61,268 nt of DNA from a virus (lineage: Duplodnaviria; Caudoviricetes), in the IMG/VR virus record IMGVR_UViG_3300024323_000002, positions 1 to 61,268 of that record. The stretch is one strand, 5' to 3'. Each line of letters opens with the position of its first letter. Positions within the stretch are counted from its first letter, which is position 1. Under the pieces are notes generated by a model that was not told the origin of the DNA, did no database searches, and saw only the letters and a program-made list of their open reading frames with translations. Below, one piece after another: positions 1 to 8,371 of this stretch. The position numbers and the translations under genes are program-made.

Positions 1-127
1 GTTAGCGGCACGCCATTCGCCGCTGTTGAGCTCTTTGAAGCCATCGCGCACCAGTTTCGCCATCAGCGGTTTGTCATCGGCGCCGAATTGCCGATGGTTC
101 TTCACGACGATGCCTTCGATCTCGACT
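1..127. repeat. Terminal direct repeat (assembly overlap), copy 1; genome is circular or circularly permuted, 61,141 bp
   Basis: 1-127 identical to 61142-61268 (gttagcggca...atctcgact). The ligase ORF runs through the junction in frame. Confidence 0.97.
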
Positions 128-612
128 CCCCCCAACACAGACTTCTGGCCCATGAACTGCGCGAGTTGACCGAAGTGCTCGAGCTCGCCTTCGAAGTAGC
201 ATGGAACGGTTTCTAGACCGAGATGCATCGCCTCGCTAGCTAGATAGCTTCTATCCGCATAGTCGTTGTGATCGATCTCGATGTCATAAAGCATGATGTT
301 CTTCGCCGGGATACGGTCATAGGGCAAAGTGTTGTGCTTCGGTCGATTCAAGTACTCGCCGCGGTAGATGGTGCCCGGCCGCAGCCGCTCGCGCAGCGCG
401 TGGATCGTGGCGACTCCCGCGGCGAATAGCTTGTCTGGCGAGTCGACGTCGATCATGACGCTCTTCGAGCGAACTTGAAGCTCGCCGTCAATCACGGCGA
501 AGCTGATCTGACTCCCGTCGACTTTCTCTTCGACGACAATGGGGCCTTTGAACAACTGCTTTAGCTCGCGATGGCCTTCGTGATGGATCTTTGGATATGC
601 GTGAATGGTCAT
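1..612 (-). CDS. RNA ligase (Rnl2-like nucleotidyltransferase), N-terminal part; continues across the junction to 60833
   Basis: Manual translation from ATG 612: MTIHAYPKIHHEG...IVVEEKVDGSQISF (motif I KxDG)...YRGEY (III)...MLYDI (IIIa)...IEGIVVK (IV)...MAKLV (V). Absent from the ORF track because it crosses the edge. Confidence 0.85.
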   Translation of the reverse strand, partial: MTIHAYPKIHHEGHRELKQLFKGPIVVEEKVDGSQISFAVIDGELQVRSKSVMIDVDSPDKLFAAGVATIHALRERLRPGTIYRGEYLNRPKHNTLPYDRIPAKNIMLYDIEIDHNDYADRSYLASEAMHLGLETVPCYFEGELEHFGQLAQFMGQKSVLGGVEIEGIVVKNHRQFGADDKPLMAKLVRDGFKELNSGEWRAAN

Positions 613-960
613 AAACTTTGCGCGTCTGCATGGGCAGGCTCCACCGTTGATGTGCTTGGCCACGTTGCAGTTTGCGCAGAGCACCGCCAACCGACCTTGC
701 GGCCAGCCTGCTCTGCGCAGTGCGCGGTAAAAGTTGGTGCCGCGTGGGGATTTGCCGGCCCGCTCCGCGGCACCATCGTTGAAAATGTGATCAAGCTGCA
801 GAAAGTCGAGGTATTCCTCGCCGCAGCATTGGCAGACCTCGCCGTAGGCGGCGATGGCCTGCACCTTCAGTCGTCGATTCGCAAGGGCCGCCGATTGGCG
901 GCATACTTCGCAAACTCTTCGGCCGTGCTCGGGAATGCGCCGGCATCGGGTGCAGTGCTG
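613..960 (-). CDS. HNH endonuclease-like domain, in frame with the RNA ligase (start codon uncertain: CTG 870, GTG 864 or upstream)
   Basis: Manual translation: HCTRCRRIPEHGRRVCEVC...KVQAIAAYGEVCQCCGEEYLDFLQLDHIFNDGAAER...FYRALRRAGWPQGRLAVLCANCNVAKHINGGACPCRRAKF, then directly MTIH of the ligase with no stop. Confidence 0.75.
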
Positions 961-1364
961 TCTGGGCGGTCCATGAATGTCTGCGGCGAGGCCACGGCGA
1001 TGTCGCGAGTTGTCGCCACCTGCTGTCCAAGCCCCAGGCTGGTCGAGCTCGGGATCGGCTGCGTCGCCACGATCTTGTAGGTCGCTATCTGCTGGCCCAT
1101 CTGCGCTCCGAGCGCTTGGAAGAAGTTCTGAGTGCGCGCCCGTGCCTCCTCGAGTGTCTCCGAACGCATCGCTATCATGCGTTCCTCGGCTGCTGTCAGC
1201 TCCGGGTCTCCCGTCAGCAGCTGTTCGAACTGGGTGGATAGGGGCTCTAGAGATGCCTTCATCTTAGCAGCCGCGTATCGGCACACGTGAAAACCACAGC
1301 ACAGACACGTGCTGTCGCGCTGCAGTCGACGCAGTCCGAGCTCATTCAGCTCATGGAGCCGCAC
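867..1364 (-). CDS. Hypothetical protein
   Basis: ORF 867..1463; likely GTG start at 1364 just after the nucleotidase stop. The 3' end overlaps the Cys-rich HNH leader frame. Confidence 0.55.
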   Translation of the reverse strand: MRLHELNELGLRRLQRDSTCLCCGFHVCRYAAAKMKASLEPLSTQFEQLLTGDPELTAAEERMIAMRSETLEEARARTQNFFQALGAQMGQQIATYKIVATQPIPSSTSLGLGQQVATTRDIAVASPQTFMDRPDSTAPDAGAFPSTAEEFAKYAANRRPLRIDD

Positions 1365-1368
1365 ACCG

Positions 1369-2010
1369 CTACCGATGTCCCCCGGCTCTTTTCGTGGTCT
1401 TGGCAGGGGTCGGTTCGCTGCTGATCGAGCAGCATCCCAGCTCTGTGATCTCCGTGTCTTCATTCATCTCTCCGTATGTCATCCGCTTGAAAGCGTGCTC
1501 GTAGTCGTAAACTCGACGGTAGCCTTTGGCGTCACGGTTCCACGGTCGGTCGAACAACAGGCCGCGCGCGGGGTCCTGTCTGATGTGGTCGACACAATCA
1601 TCGAGCAGGAAGTGTCCAATGATGCGTCTCTTGTGACCGGTGAACATGATCTCTTGCTGAGGAAAATGCTCTTTTAGCTGATGCTCCCGGTCTCGCTGCC
1701 AGCTCGCGATGCCGGCCCATGGCTTGGTGACAAAACACACGTCATAACCATGGTCGATCAACTTGCGGACAAACTCGACGGCGCCGGGATACCACTTGGC
1801 CTGCGCTGCCAGGTTGTCTCGCTTGCGCAGCATGTTATACATCCGAGTGGCCTGCGATGGAGACAACCCCATTGCCTTGTCGAAGTCGTAGGTCACCCAC
1901 TCACGCGGCGGGGGCAGCGGCTTGTCGAGGATCTCTTGCGCCGCGAGCCACACCTGCGTCGATAGGTCGACGAGCACGCCGTCTACGTCGAGCAGCGCGG
2001 TTACGATCAT
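1369..2010 (-). CDS. HAD-family 5'(3')-deoxyribonucleotidase (NT5C-like)
   Basis: LLDVDGVL (DxDG motif I), FVTKP, K, LLDD motif, LFDRPWNR typical of NT5C. Confidence 0.85.
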   Translation of the reverse strand: MIVTALLDVDGVLVDLSTQVWLAAQEILDKPLPPPREWVTYDFDKAMGLSPSQATRMYNMLRKRDNLAAQAKWYPGAVEFVRKLIDHGYDVCFVTKPWAGIASWQRDREHQLKEHFPQQEIMFTGHKRRIIGHFLLDDCVDHIRQDPARGLLFDRPWNRDAKGYRRVYDYEHAFKRMTYGEMNEDTEITELGCCSISSEPTPAKTTKRAGGHR

Positions 2011-2342
2011 CGCACCCGCCAGTCGGTCGCGTAGAAATCCTCGCCGCGAAACGCGCGCTGACTCCAGTCGTTCGGCGTGTTCAAGGGCACGAAAAGCCGA
2101 GCATCTGCGCCAGCACGGGCCACGGTTCGACCAGCTGCATATTCAGTGCCAGCCCATTGAAACGTGCCGCGCACGAACGGGTTGGCTGGTGCAGCCTGCA
2201 TGTCGACGAGCCTGACCTGCACGGCCGAGTGCGCCGCCGTGACGAAAGCGTCGACGTCGGTAAAACGTAAGCGCAGCAAGCCGTTGCGCGCTTCGATGAG
2301 CAGCCCCGCCTCGATACTTTCGAGCAGTTCAGCTTTGGTCAT
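2007..2342 (-). CDS. Hypothetical protein (C-terminal EDFYATDW weakly resembles DUF2829/Tad2)
   Basis: ORF in operon; only the DxxATDW tail is suggestive. Confidence 0.55.
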   Translation of the reverse strand: MTKAELLESIEAGLLIEARNGLLRLRFTDVDAFVTAAHSAVQVRLVDMQAAPANPFVRGTFQWAGTEYAAGRTVARAGADARLFVPLNTPNDWSQRAFRGEDFYATDWRVR

Positions 2343-2372
2343 GGGTCAGTGAATATGTGGCACGTCGAGTCA

Positions 2373-3428
2373 TTAGTAAATGCCTTTTATTACAACGCGG
2401 GCTAACGGTACCAAAGTAGTCAGACAGGCTCGGCCTTCGGTGCTGCGCGACTCCCAACTGAGGTATTTCACCGGTGACTCCTCGAGCAACGCCTTCACCT
2501 CGCACGCGATCATCGCTGGGCCTTTGCCGTAATCGACTAGCAGAGCGTGATGTACACCCCTGTCATCGGCGACCACGCGATTAGCCTGCGCAAGCAGGTC
2601 CCACGAGCTCGTCAGCGGCGCATCGAGCTCCTTCAGCGGCATGCAGTCGACGAACAACATGTCAATGAGGTAGGTGGGCTGCGGAGGTGTAGGTTCGAGT
2701 AGTGGTGTTACAGTTCGAAGGCTGTCAGATATAGCTAAGAGCATGCCCGTCTCCTCGGGAAAACAGTCGGCTTGAAAGGGGCAACCTTTCGGCGGGAAAA
2801 CCTTGCACTCGCTCAGCGTGGGTGGCAGCGAGAGCGGATCAACGTCTGCTGCGACGGAAAGCATCTCTTCGGCAGGCGCGAGTACGTGTAACTTGAAGCG
2901 CTCGCGGTCGGCTTTGCGGTCGATGCGCTCGTGCACAGCCTTGGCAGTGAGGCTTGACCATATGCCTGTTGTCCACTGCGAGAATTCGGCTTCTGGTTCT
3001 GACTCTGTATATATGAGTCGCTGTACATCTGTTGTTAGCTGCTTGGCAGTCTTTGCGTAGGCGGGCTTCGACGTCGTCTTGTGATCGTAAACGGTGGTCG
3101 TCGTCAGGAGGTCTTTGATGCCATGGAACTCGACCCCATCGATCGTCGCGGTGAACTCTTTCTCGACTCCGAGAATGCCGTTGTCGTTTGCCGCGGGGAG
3201 CATGACGGACATTACTTTGGCTAGTTTGCCAATAGAGTAATCTTTCCATGTGGCTTCCGTGGCTAGCTCATCGCCGCGGTACCAGGCCTCGATCACCGCA
3301 TGAACACGCTTGCCGGCCTCTGCCGAGTCACCGGCGACCTCCCGTCTGCCTTGGCGGTAGGTGAACGCCTCTCGGCGCTTGCAGCGCTTCCAGAGACCGA
3401 GGTGCGACGCGCTGATGGGGTCGGCCAT
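2373..3428 (-). CDS. PD-(D/E)XK (Cas4/RecB-like) exonuclease
   Basis: Start MADPISASH at 3428 (TGATG coupling); CKRR, GKRVH, E, GIKD, VYDHKT, Q..IY and C..C motifs. Confidence 0.8.
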   Translation of the reverse strand: MADPISASHLGLWKRCKRREAFTYRQGRREVAGDSAEAGKRVHAVIEAWYRGDELATEATWKDYSIGKLAKVMSVMLPAANDNGILGVEKEFTATIDGVEFHGIKDLLTTTTVYDHKTTSKPAYAKTAKQLTTDVQRLIYTESEPEAEFSQWTTGIWSSLTAKAVHERIDRKADRERFKLHVLAPAEEMLSVAADVDPLSLPPTLSECKVFPPKGCPFQADCFPEETGMLLAISDSLRTVTPLLEPTPPQPTYLIDMLFVDCMPLKELDAPLTSSWDLLAQANRVVADDRGVHHALLVDYGKGPAMIACEVKALLEESPVKYLSWESRSTEGRACLTTLVPLARVVIKGIY

Positions 3429-3958
3429 CAGTGCTCCTGCAGCGGGCCTGTGATGAGGTTGGCGAGGTTGGCGCGCGTGATCTCCTGCTTGAAGGCCGGC
3501 ACGCAGACGCCCGTGTAGGCGAGGACTAGCGCTTCTGGGTAGCTGGTGAGGTAACCCACAAACTTGACCCGCTTGAGCCACGCAATGCAGGTCGGGATGT
3601 CGTGCATGTAGTCGCACCACCACCTGCTGCGGGGGCGGACCGGAACCAAGAGACACTGCTCACGAACGCCGGCCTGCTTCTCTGCGGCCGACTTGGCTAG
3701 CCACTTCTGCAGGTCTTCGAACGGTGGATTGCAGTAGGTGCCGTTGACCCAGTCGGACTTGAGACCGTCCATGTCTGGGTAGTGATAGGTCGTCTCGGCC
3801 CCCGTTGGGTGCAGCCGCGAGCCGCAGGGGTCGAGCACAATGCAGCCCATCGCTTCGGACACCGCCGACAAGATGTTGAGCGGCGTGCCAACGTCTTGCG
3901 GTCGGTTTTGGCGCTTGCCTGTAGCAAAGCCGGTCAGGGCGTTAGTAGTCGAAGTCAT
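3428..3958 (-). CDS. Phage DNA N6-adenine methyltransferase (Dam-like)
   Basis: LDPC, DGLKSDW, YCNPPF catalytic motif, LLVPVRP..WW. ATG at 3958 with GGGAG RBS. Confidence 0.85.
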   Translation of the reverse strand: MTSTTNALTGFATGKRQNRPQDVGTPLNILSAVSEAMGCIVLDPCGSRLHPTGAETTYHYPDMDGLKSDWVNGTYCNPPFEDLQKWLAKSAAEKQAGVREQCLLVPVRPRSRWWCDYMHDIPTCIAWLKRVKFVGYLTSYPEALVLAYTGVCVPAFKQEITRANLANLITGPLQEH

Positions 3959-4547
3959 CGTCGACTCCCACCGTTGTAATCTTGTCGTCGTACCAATCAA
4001 CTAGACTTGGCAGCCGGTCATCGCGGATCACTGGCAAGTCGAGCGCGATCCACAGATTCCACAGCGCATGCGCGAGGTGATGACATGCGCTCTCGCGGTC
4101 GTTCGTCTCCCCAGCGCCATATGCCAGTAAGTGCCGCAGCGCGCTGTCGAGGTAGCTCGTGAGCGGCGCGCCTTTGCGGTAGTTCCCCCGCGCGTATTTC
4201 TTCTCGCCATACTCGTACACACGGCAGAGCTCGCGGAACGACTGCGGGAACTGAGCCAAGAGCGCGACGACGTTGCGGCTCTCAGGAACCTCGGGCTTGA
4301 ACAGCGGCGCGATGTCCTTCTCGAGCTCGAGCAGCACGGCCAGGATCGCATATTGCAGCGAGGCAGTCGGCCCGCGGTCGAGGTAGCGCGCAATCTCGGT
4401 GGCTGCGCATGTGAGCCAGTGCTGCTCGGAGACGTGCTCGTAATCGGTGCCGTCTAACTCGGCGAAGCCGTCGAGAGCGCGTGACGATGCGAAGACCTGG
4501 CTGAGACGAGGCTTGTCTTCGTTGTAGCGCAGTTGGTCTTCACTCAT
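3942..4547 (-). CDS. dATP/dGTP diphosphohydrolase domain protein (DUF5664-like)
   Basis: RYNEDKPRL; VYEYGEKKYARGNYRKG...YLDSALRHL...DRESACHHLAHALWN; DDR. Confidence 0.85.
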   Translation of the reverse strand: MSEDQLRYNEDKPRLSQVFASSRALDGFAELDGTDYEHVSEQHWLTCAATEIARYLDRGPTASLQYAILAVLLELEKDIAPLFKPEVPESRNVVALLAQFPQSFRELCRVYEYGEKKYARGNYRKGAPLTSYLDSALRHLLAYGAGETNDRESACHHLAHALWNLWIALDLPVIRDDRLPSLVDWYDDKITTVGVDDDFDY

Positions 4548-4725
4548 ACATGCGCCCCTCGAGCTCTTCGATCTCTTCGTTCGCCTCGCTCAGCTGCAGC
4601 TCGAGGTCCTCGAGCCAATCTAAGACAGTCTTGACTGCCTCTTCGTATTCGGGCACGTCGTCATTCGAGACGACCTCCTCGAGCGATGTGCGGTTTAGGT
4701 ATCTGCGTGCGTGTTCGCGTAACAT
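4540..4725 (-). CDS. Small acidic hypothetical protein
   Basis: ORF track; tight operon spacing. Confidence 0.6.
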   Translation of the reverse strand: MLREHARRYLNRTSLEEVVSNDDVPEYEEAVKTVLDWLEDLELQLSEANEEIEELEGRMYE

Positions 4726-4726
4726 G

Positions 4727-4903
4727 TCATTTCTCGGTAAACATCATGGCCGCTGTGCCTGGCCAGAAGATGCCGGCCACGAAGGCCGCTGGCACAGCGA
4801 CGAAGAAAGGGATCTTGAGGCCCATCATGCGTCGCAGCTGGTAGGTCGTAATCACCATGCCGCAGCCGTAATAAAACGCTAATGAGAGGGGTATTACGTC
4901 CAT
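4727..4903 (-). CDS. Small membrane protein (58 aa, not in ORF track)
   Basis: MDVIPLSLAFYYGCGMVITTYQLRRMMGLKIPFFVAVPAAFVAGIFWPGTAAMMFTEK fills the gap exactly. Confidence 0.6.
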   Translation of the reverse strand: MDVIPLSLAFYYGCGMVITTYQLRRMMGLKIPFFVAVPAAFVAGIFWPGTAAMMFTEK

Positions 4904-4909
4904 AATTCT

Positions 4910-5242
4910 TTATGACAAACTAGTCACAAAACTAATCGCTTCTAAGGCACCGTAACAAACAGAGAAGAACGCGCCGGACCGGACTAAGGCCTCACCCCAC
5001 TCGAGCTGTTCAGGTGAAACGCGGCCACCATGGCGACGTTTCAGCTCCACGAACACAACGCGTCCCGGCAAGAGAATCAGATAGTCAGGCACACCCTTCG
5101 AGACGCCCATGGCCTTGTTCTTCGCCTTCGCGGCGTGGCTCGGCGTATACGTGCTGTTCGGAATGTGCGAGAAAGTAAGGCCTCTGGCACGCAGCCAGTT
5201 GGCGAAGATCACTGACTCGGCATACTCGCTCGCTACATCCAC
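4910..5242 (-). CDS. VRR-NUC domain nuclease (Holliday junction resolvase-like)
   Basis: HIPN, GVSKGVPD, FVELKR, GRVSPEQ. Confidence 0.9.
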   Translation of the reverse strand: MDVASEYAESVIFANWLRARGLTFSHIPNSTYTPSHAAKAKNKAMGVSKGVPDYLILLPGRVVFVELKRRHGGRVSPEQLEWGEALVRSGAFFSVCYGALEAISFVTSLS

Positions 5243-7149
5243 GGCACTAGGCGTCCATTCTCGAAGCGGGGTTCAGCCTTCTTGAACCACGCCGTCATCA
5301 GTGCTGGCTCGGCGCGCACTGGCACGTCGGGCGTGTACCGGTTGAAAGCAGTCAGCATCACATCTGTCATCGCGTAGGCCGCCTCGTGTGCGCGGCGGAT
5401 CGGCAGCTCGGCGATGACCTCGTCATGAACATATAACACAGGGTGGCAGTCGAAGAGGTCATCTCCGGGCGCGGATACATCGCAGCGCAGAGCTAAATCG
5501 AAGAGCGCCGCTTTGACTGCGTCGGTCGCGAGGCCGCTAAAGATCCCGTTCGCGACATCAGGAAAGAACGCCTGGCCGCGCACTCGGCCGCTGATGAACT
5601 GGCTGTATGTGGCTGTCTCTTCGTAGTCGCGGGCGCCATCAGGGAACATGGCTCGGATCGCGGCGAAGTAGTTCTCAGGCTCCCAGCGCTCGCGCCACGC
5701 GCGCATGATGCGAGCCGCCTCCTCGAGCGAGACTTTGGGCTCCCACTCGGCCCGCTTCTTGTTCATCTGGCGCCAGAGTCGGTCCGCCGACATGACTCCC
5801 CAGCCGCCGAAATTCACCTCTTTCGATTGCTGCCGAGCCAGCGCCCACTTGCCTTCTTTTCGTTTTGAAAAGGCCTCTTCGTAGCTGCACTTGAGCAGGA
5901 TCGAGGCGACCTCGCAGTGCACATCGCGCTTCTCGTTCAGCGCCACGGCCAGCTTTGACTTGCCAGTCAACCAGAGCTCGCACTGGCTCACCGTGTGGAG
6001 CTCGGCCATGCTGTAATCGACCGAGCAGTACCAGTAGCCGGGCCTAGGCACGAAACATTCGCGCATACGCCCCGCTCTTGGTACGTTTTGAAAGTTCGAT
6101 CCAACCAGCGGCAGCTTCGGCTCGCGTGAGCTTGTTCTACCGTTGTTGTTGATAATGACATATTCCGTCTGTAGCGGCAGCCCCGATGCACCTTCGCGCA
6201 GTTGTGTCACGCGCTCGCGCACGCTCGCAGCTGACGTGTACAGCGCATAGGCCTGCATGACCGGGTCGGCGCTGTCTCGGCACGCTTCGGCGTCGAGGCT
6301 GATGTCACCACCGTCTGTTTTCTTCGCAGAAATGCTGAGCTCCGCGCATGCCTCGACCATGCGTGCTTTAGCAGCCTTCAAGTCACGCGTACCGACCTTC
6401 GAGGCAGGCCAGATCTTGCCGTTTGCGCGGTGGGTGCCGCGGATGAGCCCGTGTTCAACACAGAGGGCTTTGGCGCGCGATATGTCGAACTCCACCTCTT
6501 CGAGGTAGGCTTCGATTGTTCGCGCGTCGGTGATCATGCCGCGTATCGACTGCCGATGCAAAGCAAGAGCCGCGCGAGCTTGAGCCGGACCATCAACGAT
6601 GAACTCGGCGAAGGCTTGCTGTAATCTGTCTACTTTGAGAGTGGCGAGAGCATCGAGCTTGGCATACTCGATTGCTGCGTCGGGCCAGTCTCGCAGATCC
6701 ACTCCGATGAGCTCGGCGTAACGAAGTCTCCAAGTGTCTTGTGACTTGTCGAGCTGTCCGCAGCCATAGCGCTCGTACAACGCAGCGAGGTTGTAAAAGT
6801 AAGGGTGAGACACCCCAGTAGAAAGCCGATAACCATTGAGGCTACCGTGAGCAAGATCAATAAGTCTTTGGTTGTGTTGGATGTCACGAATACGACCACT
6901 CGCATAGGCTTCATAGATGAGCTTTGTAAGCCGGGGGTAAGCGCGCATGAGTACGCACGCGTCGAAGGCGAAGTTGGCGCCGGTGATGTTGTTCTCTGCG
7001 AATAGCCAGGCGCAAAGCTCCTCGCCATGGCGCCCATGAACGATCTCTGGCTTCATCGAGTGGGAGCACCACGTGATGCAAGCCAGAGCCGGCGCTAAGT
7101 CGACTCCCCTGCCGATTAGCGCCGTCTCTGTGTCTACGGCTATGAGCAT
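5233..7149 (-). CDS. polA: DNA polymerase family A with 3'-5' exonuclease domain
   Basis: AVDTET (ExoI), NFAFD, YAKLD, GRTSS, NFQNVPR, DYSMAEL (motif A), RQQSKEVNFG (B), VHDEV (C). Confidence 0.95.
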   Translation of the reverse strand: MLIAVDTETALIGRGVDLAPALACITWCSHSMKPEIVHGRHGEELCAWLFAENNITGANFAFDACVLMRAYPRLTKLIYEAYASGRIRDIQHNQRLIDLAHGSLNGYRLSTGVSHPYFYNLAALYERYGCGQLDKSQDTWRLRYAELIGVDLRDWPDAAIEYAKLDALATLKVDRLQQAFAEFIVDGPAQARAALALHRQSIRGMITDARTIEAYLEEVEFDISRAKALCVEHGLIRGTHRANGKIWPASKVGTRDLKAAKARMVEACAELSISAKKTDGGDISLDAEACRDSADPVMQAYALYTSAASVRERVTQLREGASGLPLQTEYVIINNNGRTSSREPKLPLVGSNFQNVPRAGRMRECFVPRPGYWYCSVDYSMAELHTVSQCELWLTGKSKLAVALNEKRDVHCEVASILLKCSYEEAFSKRKEGKWALARQQSKEVNFGGWGVMSADRLWRQMNKKRAEWEPKVSLEEAARIMRAWRERWEPENYFAAIRAMFPDGARDYEETATYSQFISGRVRGQAFFPDVANGIFSGLATDAVKAALFDLALRCDVSAPGDDLFDCHPVLYVHDEVIAELPIRRAHEAAYAMTDVMLTAFNRYTPDVPVRAEPALMTAWFKKAEPRFENGRLVPWM

Positions 7150-7155
7150 TTGCTT

Positions 7156-7653
7156 TCAGTCAGGCAGACGTGGAAGTGGCATGTGCCACCAGTCGCCGCG
7201 CCACGTAGAGACCACGCCGGGCGGTAGAAACTCGCGCGAGGTCACATCTCGAAGGCGGCCGTTTACGACCTTGATTTCTCGGTAACTTTGGTGTCCCGCC
7301 ATGTCACGAACGGCGTAGTAGCCGGGTGCTTTGGGCGGGGTAGCTAGCCAGCAGCCGCGAACATAGGCCGCGTACTGCTTTATATGGTCTGTACACTTTA
7401 CTCGCTCGAGCGACTCGAATAAGCTCCAGTTGTCACCCGCCACAAGCACCGCGTAACCTGTGACTAGGTGATAAACGGTGCAGTCGGCGCGGTAGATGGG
7501 CAGGTACACGTCGTGCGTGGCAAGAACCACATCATTGAGACCCGCGACTTCATCGCGAAACCGGCGCAGGAAGCAGGCTTGAGTAAGATCACGCCAGCGC
7601 CGCTCATCCACACACCTGTAGAGCAGGTCGTGTTGAATCTGTTCGACGAGCAT
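7156..7653 (-). CDS. Hypothetical protein
   Basis: ORF in operon. Confidence 0.6.
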   Translation of the reverse strand: MLVEQIQHDLLYRCVDERRWRDLTQACFLRRFRDEVAGLNDVVLATHDVYLPIYRADCTVYHLVTGYAVLVAGDNWSLFESLERVKCTDHIKQYAAYVRGCWLATPPKAPGYYAVRDMAGHQSYREIKVVNGRLRDVTSREFLPPGVVSTWRGDWWHMPLPRLPD

Positions 7654-7656
7654 GTG

Positions 7657-7848
7657 TCAGTTGGGACGAGCCCCCGTTGGCGCGATCGGCGGCGTCTCGG
7701 CAGGGACGGCTATCTCGTCGCACATTTGGTGCAGGTCCGTGAACATCTCGAGGGCATCGTCGAGGTGAGCTATGTCGGCCTCCTCTTCGAAGCGGATGAG
7801 GGCAAACCGAACCTCGCGCAAGAGGCTCCGCACGTCGTTATTGAGCAT
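7657..7848 (-). CDS. Hypothetical protein
   Basis: ORF in operon. Confidence 0.55.
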   Translation of the reverse strand: MLNNDVRSLLREVRFALIRFEEEADIAHLDDALEMFTDLHQMCDEIAVPAETPPIAPTGARPN

Positions 7849-8365
7849 TGTCGTTAGCCGCTTTCTGCTTTGCGTAAGGCGTGAAGTGGAGATCGAGGTA
7901 GTAAGCTGTCGCGGCGAAGTCCGGATCGTCGAGCAATTCGGGCTTTCGCTGCGCTAGCTTCTTCGGTTCTGCCTTCAGCTGCTTGGTCGCGTTGCAGCTG
8001 ACTCGCTTGCCGATGATGGCCTTCGGCTGAGCGAGACTGGTGCGGAAGAGCTTATTCCAGTCTTCTTTGGCGATCTTGTCTGCGTCTGCCGAGGGGTGCA
8101 GCCCCAAGAGCGCAATCAAAAGCCGCTTGATCTTGCCAGCGGCCATGTCGTTCGACGCCGGGATGTAGAGGTTGCGGACCGTGCCAGGTTCGTGTGTCGT
8201 CGAGTTGAGAACCTTGAAGTCAACGATAAACGCATCGCCCTTCTTGCGTGTTTCGATGCACTTCCAGTCTGTGACTTCGAGCTCATGATTACCGGCTTCT
8301 AGATAGACGCCTTTACCACCACCATCTACCTTCTCGCTATTCAGGTCGAGAGCATGCATACCCAT
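7838..8365 (-). CDS. Putative single-stranded DNA-binding protein (OB-fold)
   Basis: YLEAGNHELEV...FIVDFKV pattern; lies between helicase and polymerase. Confidence 0.6.
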   Translation of the reverse strand: MGMHALDLNSEKVDGGGKGVYLEAGNHELEVTDWKCIETRKKGDAFIVDFKVLNSTTHEPGTVRNLYIPASNDMAAGKIKRLLIALLGLHPSADADKIAKEDWNKLFRTSLAQPKAIIGKRVSCNATKQLKAEPKKLAQRKPELLDDPDFAATAYYLDLHFTPYAKQKAANDNAQ

Positions 8366-8371
8366 AAACGA

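Noticed and set aside
2373-3428. Cas4-like nuclease as evidence of CRISPR-Cas
   Set aside because: Solo PD-(D/E)XK nucleases are routine in phage replication modules.
3942-4547. Z-genome (2-aminoadenine) pathway
   Set aside because: No PurZ/adenylosuccinate synthetase homolog was recognised.
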